Shown in pieces: positions 40,029 through 49,546 of a DNA stretch of 64,000 nucleotides (the first letter of the stretch is position 1; every line of letters starts with the position of its first letter). The stretch comes from Methanomassiliicoccaceae archaeon (GTDB taxonomy: Archaea > Thermoplasmatota > Thermoplasmata > Methanomassiliicoccales > Methanomassiliicoccaceae). Position numbers and translations under genes: made by a program. The stretch covers positions 256,001-320,000 of the forward strand of contig JAXGZN010000002.1 in the NCBI GenBank assembly GCA_040776945.1, in the 5' to 3' direction. The notes under the pieces were generated by a model. The model was not told the origin of the DNA. It saw only the letters and a program-made list of their open reading frames with translations, and made no database searches.

Positions 40029-43000
40029 TTGTCCTCGATAGCGATAGTGATCTTATTGATAGCCTGTTCGTTCTTCGTGGCCTCGAGTTCCGTTGCCGCG
40101 GCGGACCCCGCCCCGCAGGGCGCGGAGGTGCTGCTGTTGGACCAGGACCTCACCGCCAAGGCGGAGATACCTTCGAACATGGTCATCGGCAACGTCCACA
40201 GATCGACCACCACGGCCACGATGACCTACAGCATCGCGGCCAAGGCGGTCGAGTACTACTCGAACGACGATGAAAGCGGATCAGTGTTCGTCGGCATCGA
40301 GCCGTTCATCAACGGGAACCTGTCGTTCAGCATTAAGGTCAGCTCGGACAGCACCTTCTCCAGCGTGAACATAATAGGCTCCACGTTCTGGCTGGAGGCG
40401 CGGTCCCTCCCCGACGGCGGTGCGAGGGTAATGTCCTACTACATGTCCTCCGCGTCGGCCTACTCCTACAAGTCCTACGACGTGCCAAAGAGCGCCCTGC
40501 CCAATGGCGTCAACACCATCAACATCATGGTCAGCGGGACGGCGAAGACCTTGACGGTGTATCATGACGAGGCCCGCAAGGTATCCACCCCGATGTTCCA
40601 CTGGTCGGTGCAGAACCTTCCCTACGCTCCAATGACCTCCCCCATCGTCTGCTTCGACAACTACATCAGCAGCGTGGCCACCTGGACCTCCACGTTCATC
40701 TATGGGATCAGGGAATCGGTCAGCGGCGGCATCGTTTCCGCCGTTCCGGGCAACGACCTTGTGCCCTTCGGGATCGACTATCCCCGCTCCGAGTTCAACA
40801 AGCTAGGCACCCAATACATGGCCGCCCGCGGGCAGAAGGGCGTGGCCTGGGTCGATCTGCAGTGGCTCGAGTACCGGCCGTCTGACAAGGCGTACATCGA
40901 CTCCCTGCTCGCGGCCGGCTGGGAGCTGGGCATCCACTACAACGCTTCACTGAACAACTACGCTCAGGCCAGCGCCCAAGCGTTCATGAAGAGGCAGTAC
41001 GACCAGGTGAAGGCGATGTTCGGCCAGGCCCCGACCTCGTGGTGCTCCTACCAGAACGCCGACAGCGTCACCCACGCGACCTATGCCTACCAGCAACTGG
41101 GAATGATCTGGAGGAACGGTCACTCCGGGATCAGCTACCTGGCGAACGTCGGCAACCTCCAAGAGACCAGATGGGGCCAGTTCTGGTCCAGGGTCTCGGC
41201 CGCCCAGATGGTCTATCCGAGCTTCACCCACAAGACCGACCCGGCCTCCGCTGAGGCGTACTCGATAAGCTATTCCAGCTTCACCAAGTGGGTCGACAAC
41301 TATGAAGGCAAGAGGATGATCGGGTTCTACGAGTACTACGGCCGGGTCAAGAACCAGGTGGACACCAAGATCACCTACCTGGAGAACGTGCCGGGCGCGA
41401 AGCTCAGGTTCTCGGTCGACTGCAACGCCTTTCCCTCGCGCCTGATGATCGACCTCCCCCTGGCCTCCGGGGCGGCGGTCAAGCGCAACGGCGCCCCCCT
41501 GGCGCTCGGCTCCGACTACACCATCCTCGACGGCCGGTACATCGTCCTGTTCGCCAACGACAACGATGTCCTGGAGGTCTCGCTCGGAGGATCATCCACT
41601 GCGCCCGGGGCGCCATCGAACCTCAAGGCCGCGCTGGGCAACTCGCAGATCGCCTTGACCTGGAACGCTCCGTCCACGGACGGCGGCTCGCCGATAACCG
41701 GATACAAGATCTACCGCGGCACCGCGGCCGGCGGGGAGGTCTTCCTAAAGGCCGTCGGCAACGTCCTGGCCTACACCGACCAAGGACTGACCAACGGGAT
41801 CACGTACTACTACAGGGTCAGCGCGGTGAACGCCGTGGGCGAGGGCGCCATGTCCAACGAGGCCTCGGCGACGCCGTCGGCGCCGGTCACGGTGCCGTCC
41901 GCGCCGACGAACCTCAAGGCCGCGCCGGGCATCGCCCAGGTCACGCTGACCTGGAGCGCTCCGTCGAGCAACGGCGGCTCGCCAATAACTGGATACAAGG
42001 TGTACCGGGGGACCGCCTCCGGCGCCGAAGTGCCTCTCGCCACCGTCGGCAACGTGCTGACGTTCACCGACAACGGAGCGTCCCCCGGGATCACGTACTA
42101 TTACAGGGTAAGTGCCGTCAACTCCGCGGGCGAGGGCGCTCTGTCCAACGAGGTTTCCGCCACGCCTTCCGCGCCCGCGACCGCTCCGGCGGCGCCATCA
42201 GGCCTCACGGCGGCCGGAGGGGACGGGCGCGTCACGCTCTCGTGGTCCGCTCCGTCCTCGAACGGCGGATCGCCGATAACCGGATACAAGATCTACCGCG
42301 GCACCGCGGCCGGCGGGGAGACGCTGCTGGCGACGGTGGGGAACGTCCTGAGCTACCAGGACGCCGCGGTCAACAACGGGATCACATACTACTACAGGGT
42401 CAGCGCGGTGAACGCCATAGGCGAGGGCGCCATGTCCAACGAGGTCTCCGCCACTCCGGCGGCGGCAGCGACAGCGCCATCAGCACCTCGGGACCTCACG
42501 GCGGCCGCCGGCGCCGGCCAGGTCGTTCTCTCGTGGTCCGCTCCGTCCTCGAACGGCGGATCGGCGATAACCGCCTACAAGGTGTACCGGGGGACCGTCC
42601 CCGGCGCCGAAGTGCTGCTCGCCACCGTCGGCAACGTGCTGACATATACTGACAACGGAGTGTCCCCCGGGATCCGGTACTACTACACGGTGAGCGCCGT
42701 GAGCTCCATCGGCGAGGGCGCGATGTCCAACGAAGCGTCCGCGGTCCCCTCGGCGCCCGCGACCGTTCCCGCGGCACCCTCCGGACTCAAGGCCGTCGGC
42801 GGCGATGGCCAGGTCATGCTGACGTGGTCCGCTCCCGGAAGTGACGGAGGCTCGCCCATCACCGGCTACCGCATCTACCGCGGCAGCACGGCCGGCGGGG
42901 AGACTCTGATCGCGACGGTGGGGAACGTGCTGTCGTACACCGATCACGGTCTCGTGAACGGAGCGAAGTACTACTACAGAGTGAGCGCCGTCAACTCGGT

Positions 43001-44183
43001 CGGCGAGGGCGCGCTATCCAACGAGGCCTCGGCGACGCCGGCGGCCTCGCCCCTCCCGACCGACCTGCGGTACGAACTCATCAATGGCGGTACGGAGGTC
43101 AGGATCACCGGCTACAAAGGGACCGGAGGGGCGGTGCTCATCCCGTCTCTCATCGAAGGAAGGCCAGTGACCGCAGTCGCCAACTACGCGTTCTATGGGG
43201 TGACCACCATCAACTCGGTGACCATGTCCCCCGGGCTCAAGGGCATCGGCAACTACGCGTTCTACAAGTGCTCCGGCATCATCTCGGTGGTGCTGCCCGA
43301 CGGGCTGGTCACGATCGGCGACTATGCCTTCGGGAGCTGCGTATCCCTGACCTCGGTCTCCATCCCGGGCTCGGTGGTCTCCATAGGCAGCACCTGCTTC
43401 TACAACTGCGCCTCGCTTGCCACGGTCACATTCTCCGAGGGCCTTCAGAGCATCGGCGACCACGCGTTCTACTACTGCGCGGCGCTGACCTCGGCCGACA
43501 TCCCCGGGTCGGTGACCGCCATTGCCAACTGGGCGTTCGCCTACAGCGGGGTGAGGGAAGCGAGCATCCCCGGCAGCGTCACCGCCATCGGGAGCTACGC
43601 GTTCTACAACTGCGCCTCGCTTGCCACGCTCACCATAGGGCCGGGGGTCCAGAGCATTGGATATCAGGCCTTCAGGGGGTGCGTCTCGCTCAAGGCGGTC
43701 GACATCCCGGGCTCGGTGGAGGCCATCGAAGGCTACGCCTTCTTCGGGTGCACCGCTCTCGCGTCACTGAACCTGTCCCCGGGGCTGAGGACCATCGGGA
43801 CGTACGCGTTCTTCAACTGCGGCTCGATCACCTCGGTGGACATCCCCGGCAGCGTCACCGCCATAGGGAGCTACGCGTTCTACTACTGCAGCAAGATGTC
43901 GTCGCTGACCCTCGGCCAGGGGCTGAAGACCATCGGCGACCACGCGTTCTACGGCTGCTCGGCGCTGAGGACCGTGACCATCCCGAACACCGTGGGCTCC
44001 ATCGAGGCCTACGCGTTCTACGGGTGCACGGGCATGACCTCGATGTACTTCGACGGCAGCGCGCCCGCCGTAGGCACGGGTTGGATATCCAACCGCAACG
44101 CCTCCCTGAAGATCTTCTACCACCGGGGGGCCGCCGGGTTCACCTCCCCGACCTGGCAGGGGGTGCCGACCTCGACGTATTAG
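40029..44183 (+). CDS. Large secreted protein: polysaccharide-deacetylase-like domain + 5 fibronectin type III + BspA-type LRR_5 repeats
   Basis: Signal peptide; GWELGIH; 5x AP..L...L.W.AP..GGS.IT.Y..YRG..YYYRVSAVN; many SV..IG..AF..C repeats; start uncertain. Confidence 0.88.
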   Translation: MSSIAIVILLIACSFFVASSSVAAADPAPQGAEVLLLDQDLTAKAEIPSNMVIGNVHRSTTTATMTYSIAAKAVEYYSNDDESGSVFVGIEPFINGNLSFSIKVSSDSTFSSVNIIGSTFWLEARSLPDGGARVMSYYMSSASAYSYKSYDVPKSALPNGVNTINIMVSGTAKTLTVYHDEARKVSTPMFHWSVQNLPYAPMTSPIVCFDNYISSVATWTSTFIYGIRESVSGGIVSAVPGNDLVPFGIDYPRSEFNKLGTQYMAARGQKGVAWVDLQWLEYRPSDKAYIDSLLAAGWELGIHYNASLNNYAQASAQAFMKRQYDQVKAMFGQAPTSWCSYQNADSVTHATYAYQQLGMIWRNGHSGISYLANVGNLQETRWGQFWSRVSAAQMVYPSFTHKTDPASAEAYSISYSSFTKWVDNYEGKRMIGFYEYYGRVKNQVDTKITYLENVPGAKLRFSVDCNAFPSRLMIDLPLASGAAVKRNGAPLALGSDYTILDGRYIVLFANDNDVLEVSLGGSSTAPGAPSNLKAALGNSQIALTWNAPSTDGGSPITGYKIYRGTAAGGEVFLKAVGNVLAYTDQGLTNGITYYYRVSAVNAVGEGAMSNEASATPSAPVTVPSAPTNLKAAPGIAQVTLTWSAPSSNGGSPITGYKVYRGTASGAEVPLATVGNVLTFTDNGASPGITYYYRVSAVNSAGEGALSNEVSATPSAPATAPAAPSGLTAAGGDGRVTLSWSAPSSNGGSPITGYKIYRGTAAGGETLLATVGNVLSYQDAAVNNGITYYYRVSAVNAIGEGAMSNEVSATPAAAATAPSAPRDLTAAAGAGQVVLSWSAPSSNGGSAITAYKVYRGTVPGAEVLLATVGNVLTYTDNGVSPGIRYYYTVSAVSSIGEGAMSNEASAVPSAPATVPAAPSGLKAVGGDGQVMLTWSAPGSDGGSPITGYRIYRGSTAGGETLIATVGNVLSYTDHGLVNGAKYYYRVSAVNSVGEGALSNEASATPAASPLPTDLRYELINGGTEVRITGYKGTGGAVLIPSLIEGRPVTAVANYAFYGVTTINSVTMSPGLKGIGNYAFYKCSGIISVVLPDGLVTIGDYAFGSCVSLTSVSIPGSVVSIGSTCFYNCASLATVTFSEGLQSIGDHAFYYCAALTSADIPGSVTAIANWAFAYSGVREASIPGSVTAIGSYAFYNCASLATLTIGPGVQSIGYQAFRGCVSLKAVDIPGSVEAIEGYAFFGCTALASLNLSPGLRTIGTYAFFNCGSITSVDIPGSVTAIGSYAFYYCSKMSSLTLGQGLKTIGDHAFYGCSALRTVTIPNTVGSIEAYAFYGCTGMTSMYFDGSAPAVGTGWISNRNASLKIFYHRGAAGFTSPTWQGVPTSTY
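41600..43050 (+). repeat. Five tandem FN3-coding repeats of about 290 bp
   Basis: Recurrent near-identical DNA such as GGCGAGGGCGC(C/G/T)(A/C)T(G/A)TCCAACGA. Confidence 0.85.
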
Positions 44184-44394
44184 ATCATGTGGAACGCCGA
44201 TCGAACGAGGCCTCTCCGCCTCCCTTTCCCCTGTTTTCCTCAAGGCGCGCCCTCTTCCCGCTCCGGTCCCTGCCGTTCCGATGATCCTCATCCCCGCCGC
44301 ACTGCCCTTGGGCGCAAGGGCGCCGAAGATTAACAGCGATGATAAAATAGCACGAGCACGCAAAAGATATCGCGAAAGGAAGCGGGGATGGGCC

Positions 44395-46647
44395 ATGCAG
44401 CTGTCAAAGAGGTCGTACCTGACAGGCCGGTTCGAGCGGATGGTGGAGCTTGCCGGCGAGGGCATATTGACGCTCGGCAGCGACGGCGGGATCGATTACA
44501 TCAACGAGCGCGGAGCGGCCATCCTCGGCTACCGCCCGGAAGAGATGATCGGCCGGCCGCCGGCGGACCTCATCTTTCATGAGGACGGGACGAACGCTCC
44601 GCAGACCGAGAACATGGGGAAGCGGTTCACCATCGAGCACTCCGAGGTCCCCTCCCGGCGGAGGGACGGCACCACGGTGTGGCTGTCGATGTCGGTCTCA
44701 CCCATCATTGACAGCGGCGGCTCGCCCCAGGGCTCGGTGGCCATCTTCTCGGACATCACTGCCCGGAAGGAGGCGGAGGAGGCGCTGAGGAGGAGAGAGG
44801 AGCGCTGGCGGCAGCTTGTGCTCAACGCTCCCATGGCCATCTTCGAGATCGATCTCATCACCATGCGGTTCAAGTGCGTGAACGACGCGATGTGCAGGAT
44901 GACCGGCCACTCCCGGGAGGAACTTCTCTCCATCGGCCCACTGGACCTCCTGGACCCCAGGGAGCGGGAGAGGTTCCTGTTGGACATCAAGGAGAGGACC
45001 GCCGGCCGGAGGACCGAAGAGGCGGCCGAGTACCGGTTCCGCACCAAGGGCGGCAGGGAGCGGCATGGCTCTTTCCAGCTCAAGCTCTTGCAGGAGGACG
45101 GCAGGACGACGGAGGCGCTGGTCCTAGGCCGCGACGAGACCGAGAGAAAGGAGTTCGGGGACGCTCTGCGCAGGAGCGAGATGAGGCTCCGCATGATCCT
45201 CGAGAACTCCCGGGACGGCATCTACCTGCTCGATCCCGCGAACGGCCGCTTCCTGTTCGCCAGCCCCTCGGTGGCCGAGCTCACCGGCTTCTCCATCGAT
45301 GAGCTGAACGAGATGGCGTCGGAAGGCATATTGGACCGCGTTCACCCGGACGATCGGGCCAAGGGGGCCGCCGGAGACGGCGCCATGAAGGATGAGAAGA
45401 TCGAGGGACCATCGGAGCGCCGGTGGAGGGTGAGGAGCGGCGAGTACCGCTGGTTCAGCGACCGCCGCCGTCTGGTCCGCGATGAGCAGGGCAGGGCGAT
45501 AGGCATCGTCGGAACCTCCAGGGACATCACCGACCGCAAGGAGGAGGAGCAGGCGCTCCGCGATAGCGAGGAGAGGCTGTCCCTGGCGCTGTCGGCCGGC
45601 GGCCTGGGCATCTGGAACTGGAGCATGGCGGGCGGCGTATCGATATGGACCGACGAGGTCTACCGGATGCTGGGCTACGATGTGGGCGGCGTGGAGCCGA
45701 GCTTCGAGGCGTGGATCGCCCGAGTCCATCCCGAGGACAAGGCCGCATTGCAGGCGCTCTTCCAAGAGGTGTTCTCGCGGGGCGGCCGGTACGAAGCGGA
45801 GTTCAGAGCGCTGGGGCCCGGGAACAAGGTCCGATGGATCTATGCCCAGGGGATCATCGAGTTCGACCCGCGCGGCCTTCCGGTCCGGACCTACGGGGTC
45901 ATGATGGACATCACCGACCGCAAGAGCGCGGAAAGGGACCTGGAACGCTACGCTGAGGAGCTGGAGCGCTCCAACGCCGAGCTGCAGGAGTTCGCCTACG
46001 TGGCCTCCCATGACCTGCAGGAGCCGCTGCGCATGGTGAGCATCTACCTGGACCTTCTCGCCAAGAGGCACGGCGCAGAGTTGAGCGACGCGGCGTCGCA
46101 ATACGTCAGCGCGGCCAAGGACAGCGCTGAGCGCATGAGGCAACTGGTGCGCGACCTCCTGGAGTATTCTCGCGTGGAGACGAACGTGAGCGAGATCGAG
46201 CCGGTGGACATGAACGCGGTCGCCTCCCTGGTCATGGAGGAACTGCGCATCGCGATCGGGGAGGCCGGGGCAAAGGTGGCGGTCGGCGAACTGCCGACGG
46301 TGCTGGCCGACGAGGTGCAGATGAAGCAGCTGCTGTCGAACCTAATAGCTAACGCCATCAAGTTCAGAGGCTCCGCGAGCCCGGCGGTCGACGTGTCTTT
46401 CTCGGAGCGAGGGAACGAGCTCGTGTTCTCGGTGCGGGACAACGGCATCGGCATCGAGCCCAAGCACCTCCCTTCGCTGTTCCGCATGTTCCAGCGGCTG
46501 CACACCAGGGATGAGTATCCCGGCACCGGGATCGGCCTCGCCATAAGCAAGAAGATCGTGGAGCGGCACGGCGGCAAGATATGGGCGGAATCGGACGGCG
46601 TGAGCGGCTCGACCTTCCTGTTCACGCTCCCCAAGAAGCAGGATTGA
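44395..46647 (+). CDS. Multi-PAS sensor histidine kinase
   Basis: 4 PAS/PAC units ending in D(I/E)T.RK; FAYVASHDLQEPLR, NLIANAIKF, DNGIGI, GTGIGL motifs. Confidence 0.92.
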   Translation: MQLSKRSYLTGRFERMVELAGEGILTLGSDGGIDYINERGAAILGYRPEEMIGRPPADLIFHEDGTNAPQTENMGKRFTIEHSEVPSRRRDGTTVWLSMSVSPIIDSGGSPQGSVAIFSDITARKEAEEALRRREERWRQLVLNAPMAIFEIDLITMRFKCVNDAMCRMTGHSREELLSIGPLDLLDPRERERFLLDIKERTAGRRTEEAAEYRFRTKGGRERHGSFQLKLLQEDGRTTEALVLGRDETERKEFGDALRRSEMRLRMILENSRDGIYLLDPANGRFLFASPSVAELTGFSIDELNEMASEGILDRVHPDDRAKGAAGDGAMKDEKIEGPSERRWRVRSGEYRWFSDRRRLVRDEQGRAIGIVGTSRDITDRKEEEQALRDSEERLSLALSAGGLGIWNWSMAGGVSIWTDEVYRMLGYDVGGVEPSFEAWIARVHPEDKAALQALFQEVFSRGGRYEAEFRALGPGNKVRWIYAQGIIEFDPRGLPVRTYGVMMDITDRKSAERDLERYAEELERSNAELQEFAYVASHDLQEPLRMVSIYLDLLAKRHGAELSDAASQYVSAAKDSAERMRQLVRDLLEYSRVETNVSEIEPVDMNAVASLVMEELRIAIGEAGAKVAVGELPTVLADEVQMKQLLSNLIANAIKFRGSASPAVDVSFSERGNELVFSVRDNGIGIEPKHLPSLFRMFQRLHTRDEYPGTGIGLAISKKIVERHGGKIWAESDGVSGSTFLFTLPKKQD

Positions 46648-46708
46648 ACATCGATGTACAACCGATCGCCCTTTGCAAGCCGATCAAGAATGGAAAAATG
46701 AGGAAAGG

Positions 46709-46739
46709 GCCTCGAGGCCGGGGGTAGCGGCCTCGAGGC
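46709..46739 (+). terminator. Perfect 12-bp inverted repeat downstream of the kinase
   Basis: GCCTCGAGGCCG-GGGGTAG-CGGCCTCGAGGC; no adjacent T-tract, so function uncertain. Confidence 0.4.
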
Positions 46740-46788
46740 GGGGGGATGCTCTCGCTGCAATGGGATGCATTCGGGAGCGTTAACACCC

Positions 46789-46808
46789 TATTATCTTAGT
46801 AGATAATA
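46789..46808. promoter_or_regulatory. Palindromic operator candidate
   Basis: TATTATCT-TAGT-AGATAATA, perfect 8-bp arms. Confidence 0.45.
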
Positions 46809-46939
46809 ACAATTTGCATTGTTCTTGGCCCCTATAGGGCCCTGGAGGGTTATGAAGAGCGCCCGGCGGCCGTTCCGGCCCTCGCTGTCTGGATACCGAA
46901 GAGGCAATAACTAAGTACGGCCGGTCAATTCCAGGAGCG

Positions 46940-47782
46940 ATGGAGTTCCGCTACCGCCTCTCCCAGGTGAACCCTTCATTGGTCTCCTACCTGTCGGTAG
47001 CGGCGCCGATGGCCATGATAGTCCTGGGCGAGGCGTTGCTGTTCACCGGGAACATGGACGGGTCGATCATGGCGCACTTGCTGAACGTCCTGATTTGCGT
47101 CATGGCGCCGTTCGTCCTGGGATCGAACCCCATGATCTGGCAGTCGTTCTCCCTCGTGTCGATGCTCCGCGTGCTGAACCTCGGGATGCCCAAGTTCGCC
47201 ACTTTGACCATATACTGGCTCCCCCTGGTGTACGCGCCCGCGATCCTGGTCGGCTTCCTGCTGATAAGGAACGAAACGCTCGGATGGAGGGACTATCTGA
47301 GAAAGATGGCCAAGTTCTTCGAGCTTCGGCCCAAGCTGTCCGGATGGAAGCTGTGGTACCTTCCGGCCGGACTGACGATCTCGCTCGTTCTCGCGAACAT
47401 CGAGTTCGTGGTTCTCTCGAGGACCATCGACGACCTGAGGATGGTACCGAACCTCGAGGTCCAGAACGTCCTCGCGCTCTTCCTGGTTATGGTGTTCTTC
47501 GTCGGCCTGGGCGAGGAACTGGTGTTCCGCTACATCCTCCAGACCCGACTGGAAGGCGTTCTCGGCGTTCTCGGGGCGATCATGTTCGCGTCGGTGACCT
47601 TCGCCGCGATGCACTCCGGCTACCAGTCCGGGCCGTACATCGCCTATGTGTTCCTGGTCGCGTTCCTGCTCGGCTCGCTTTACTATAAGACCAGAAGCCT
47701 GGCCCTCGTCTCCCTGATCCACGGCACGTTGAACTTCTTCCTGTTCTCGTTCCTGCCGTTCGGTTATCTGGTCTTATTCTAG
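46940..47782 (+). CDS. CPBP (Abi/CAAX-type) intramembrane metalloprotease
   Basis: GEELVFR..LQ, FAAMH, HGTLN motifs. Confidence 0.9.
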   Translation: MEFRYRLSQVNPSLVSYLSVAAPMAMIVLGEALLFTGNMDGSIMAHLLNVLICVMAPFVLGSNPMIWQSFSLVSMLRVLNLGMPKFATLTIYWLPLVYAPAILVGFLLIRNETLGWRDYLRKMAKFFELRPKLSGWKLWYLPAGLTISLVLANIEFVVLSRTIDDLRMVPNLEVQNVLALFLVMVFFVGLGEELVFRYILQTRLEGVLGVLGAIMFASVTFAAMHSGYQSGPYIAYVFLVAFLLGSLYYKTRSLALVSLIHGTLNFFLFSFLPFGYLVLF

Positions 47783-47836
47783 GTAATGACTGGGCTAAGG
47801 CTAGTATTATATATCGGGCCGTTGATTCAAGTGGTA

Positions 47837-48079
47837 ATGCTGTCGAGCATAGTCTCTTCATCCGCAGCTACTTCGAGCGCCATCACCATGTCGACAGCCC
47901 TGGGCATCGGTGTGGGGGGCGCCTTGATCGCCATCGCGTTGATCATGCTGCTCTCATCGAAGGAACTTATCTCCAGCACCGCGTTCAACTCGCCCAAGAT
48001 CAAGAAGGCGCTGAACCTGGCGATCGTTCCGCTTCTGGCGGTGTTCGTTCTCAACGTCGTCTTCATGATAATGGTCTGA
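47837..48079 (+). CDS. Small 2-TM protein with Ser/Thr-rich N-terminus
   Basis: MLSSIVSSS...LLSSKEL...LNLAIVPLL; TTATATA box about 30 nt upstream. Confidence 0.7.
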   Translation: MLSSIVSSSAATSSAITMSTALGIGVGGALIAIALIMLLSSKELISSTAFNSPKIKKALNLAIVPLLAVFVLNVVFMIMV

Positions 48080-48333
48080 TCGGAACTCGATCGGCCGAAC
48101 CTATTGGTTTTTCATAAAGCTTCATAGTGCAGCGGATGGTCCCTCTTCTCGCCTTAGCCGCTGTGAGGGTAGATGGTCAAGCGGCATGATCGGCGGGCCA
48201 ACGCGCCACTCGATCAGCGGCCGCTTCATCATCGGCCGCGCACGCGACTCAGCGCGCGCTTCCTCTCACTTCTTCTCCGGCAGCGAATTCGTGAACGATC
48301 TCCTAAAAGTCCCCTGGACGATGTTGTCGCCCT

Positions 48334-48552
48334 TCATCTCGCCATATGGAAGTATCTCGAGTCCATATGGGGCCCGCATTCTGGACACATTCTTGCCAAC
48401 CTGCCCCGGCTGTCCAGGTGATCCGTTCCAGTGGTGGCTTCAATAGGTCCCATCCATCCACATTCTTTGCAATAGATGGGCGATCCGTCCGCCATTGGAG
48501 GAGGTACTATCGCTTTTCCATTCACCAGATCGTCTGGAGGGGCGCATGCCAT
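48334..48552 (-). CDS. Small CxxCG...CPxCG zinc-finger protein
   Basis: CKECGW and CPECG; GGAGGT SD upstream of ATG. Confidence 0.65.
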   Translation of the reverse strand: MACAPPDDLVNGKAIVPPPMADGSPIYCKECGWMGPIEATTGTDHLDSRGRLARMCPECGPHMDSRYFHMAR

Positions 48553-48567
48553 TATGCATACCTCCGG

Positions 48568-48822
48568 TCAAGCAAGGAACTTAAAGGGCAGCATCTTCAG
48601 ATTGAACCAGAACCAACACATTTTCTTTCGCTCTTTTTCAATCTTCGCAGCCCTTTCCAGTCCCACAAATTCAGATGGGACCCATGCGTATCCCGGGTAT
48701 GGGGGAAGTCCTAGAACCCCTTTCAATCTAATAGGCTCCATCAGGCTGGGGTCGCCGGGGACATATTCCGGCCTCGGCGGCCTCTTGGGCTTTGCGAACC
48801 GGGCCATCCGCACATCCCGCAA
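48568..48822 (-). CDS. Small hypothetical protein
   Basis: Tandem with the next gene; no recognisable motif; start uncertain. Confidence 0.4.
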   Translation of the reverse strand: MRDVRMARFAKPKRPPRPEYVPGDPSLMEPIRLKGVLGLPPYPGYAWVPSEFVGLERAAKIEKERKKMCWFWFNLKMLPFKFLA

Positions 48823-49065
48823 TATATCGCCTTGTGGCCAATCGCCCTATGGCACCATTTGCGCGGCTTGATATTCAACCCCCTCTTTACAATAATGGTC
48901 CGTTCGTACTTTACTCACTATCGCCCATTGGCGTCGGCGGCCGACGGGACCGATCTTGGACCGCACGGGCCAGCGGTCCGGGCCTTCTTGCCCCTACGCG
49001 GGTCCGGACCGTTCAGGAACGAAAGGTCCTGAGGCCGGACGCTGCGATTCTAGCTCATCGCCCGA

Positions 49066-49302
49066 TCACTCCACCGCTTCCATCCCCGCATGCATGAACT
49101 CGAAGCGTATGGCCCTCTCGTCCCCGCGGTACCGCCGGTCGATCCATCCCCGGGGCAGGTCCACCTCCCGGTGGCCGGCCTTCTGAACGCACTGACAGCG
49201 CATCATGACAAAGCCGTTCGGCCCATTGCGCTCCTCGACCACCTGGTCGCACGTGGTGCAGAAGAAGCGGGACTCGCGCCAATCATATTCCATCTCTGCC
49301 AT
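49066..49302 (-). CDS. Small Cys/His (Zn-finger-like) protein, paralog of 39600..39833
   Basis: FCTTCDQ..NGF..MRCQC..KAGH.EV...WID.R.RG.ERAI. Confidence 0.75.
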   Translation of the reverse strand: MAEMEYDWRESRFFCTTCDQVVEERNGPNGFVMMRCQCVQKAGHREVDLPRGWIDRRYRGDERAIRFEFMHAGMEAVE

Positions 49303-49546
49303 GATGTGATTTAATGTGAGGTCGGGGTATATTATAATTATTGGTCGTTATAAATCATCAGGCCCGGGCGCGGCCGCTGCTTAGACGGCAAAGACGTTCT
49401 CAAACCGGCTGCGTCCTTCGGCAGCGCCGTCATGGAATGAATGACTCTATTCTCGAACGAACGCAAGTTTCGCCCGCCGCCGTTCGGCCGCTCCACGGCC
49501 TTATGTACCTTTCCAACCGTAGAAGTGAACGGAGGCCGTCAGGAAG

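Noticed and set aside
41600-44100. FN3/LRR repeats as a diversity-generating retroelement TR/VR pair
   Set aside because: No reverse transcriptase in the window, and the differences between repeats do not look adenine-specific
47780-47836. CPBP TAG stop is in frame with the downstream small membrane ORF (possible amber read-through fusion)
   Set aside because: CPBP is complete at TAG, and the linker contains a TTATATA box suggesting a separate promoter; a 1-in-3 frame coincidence
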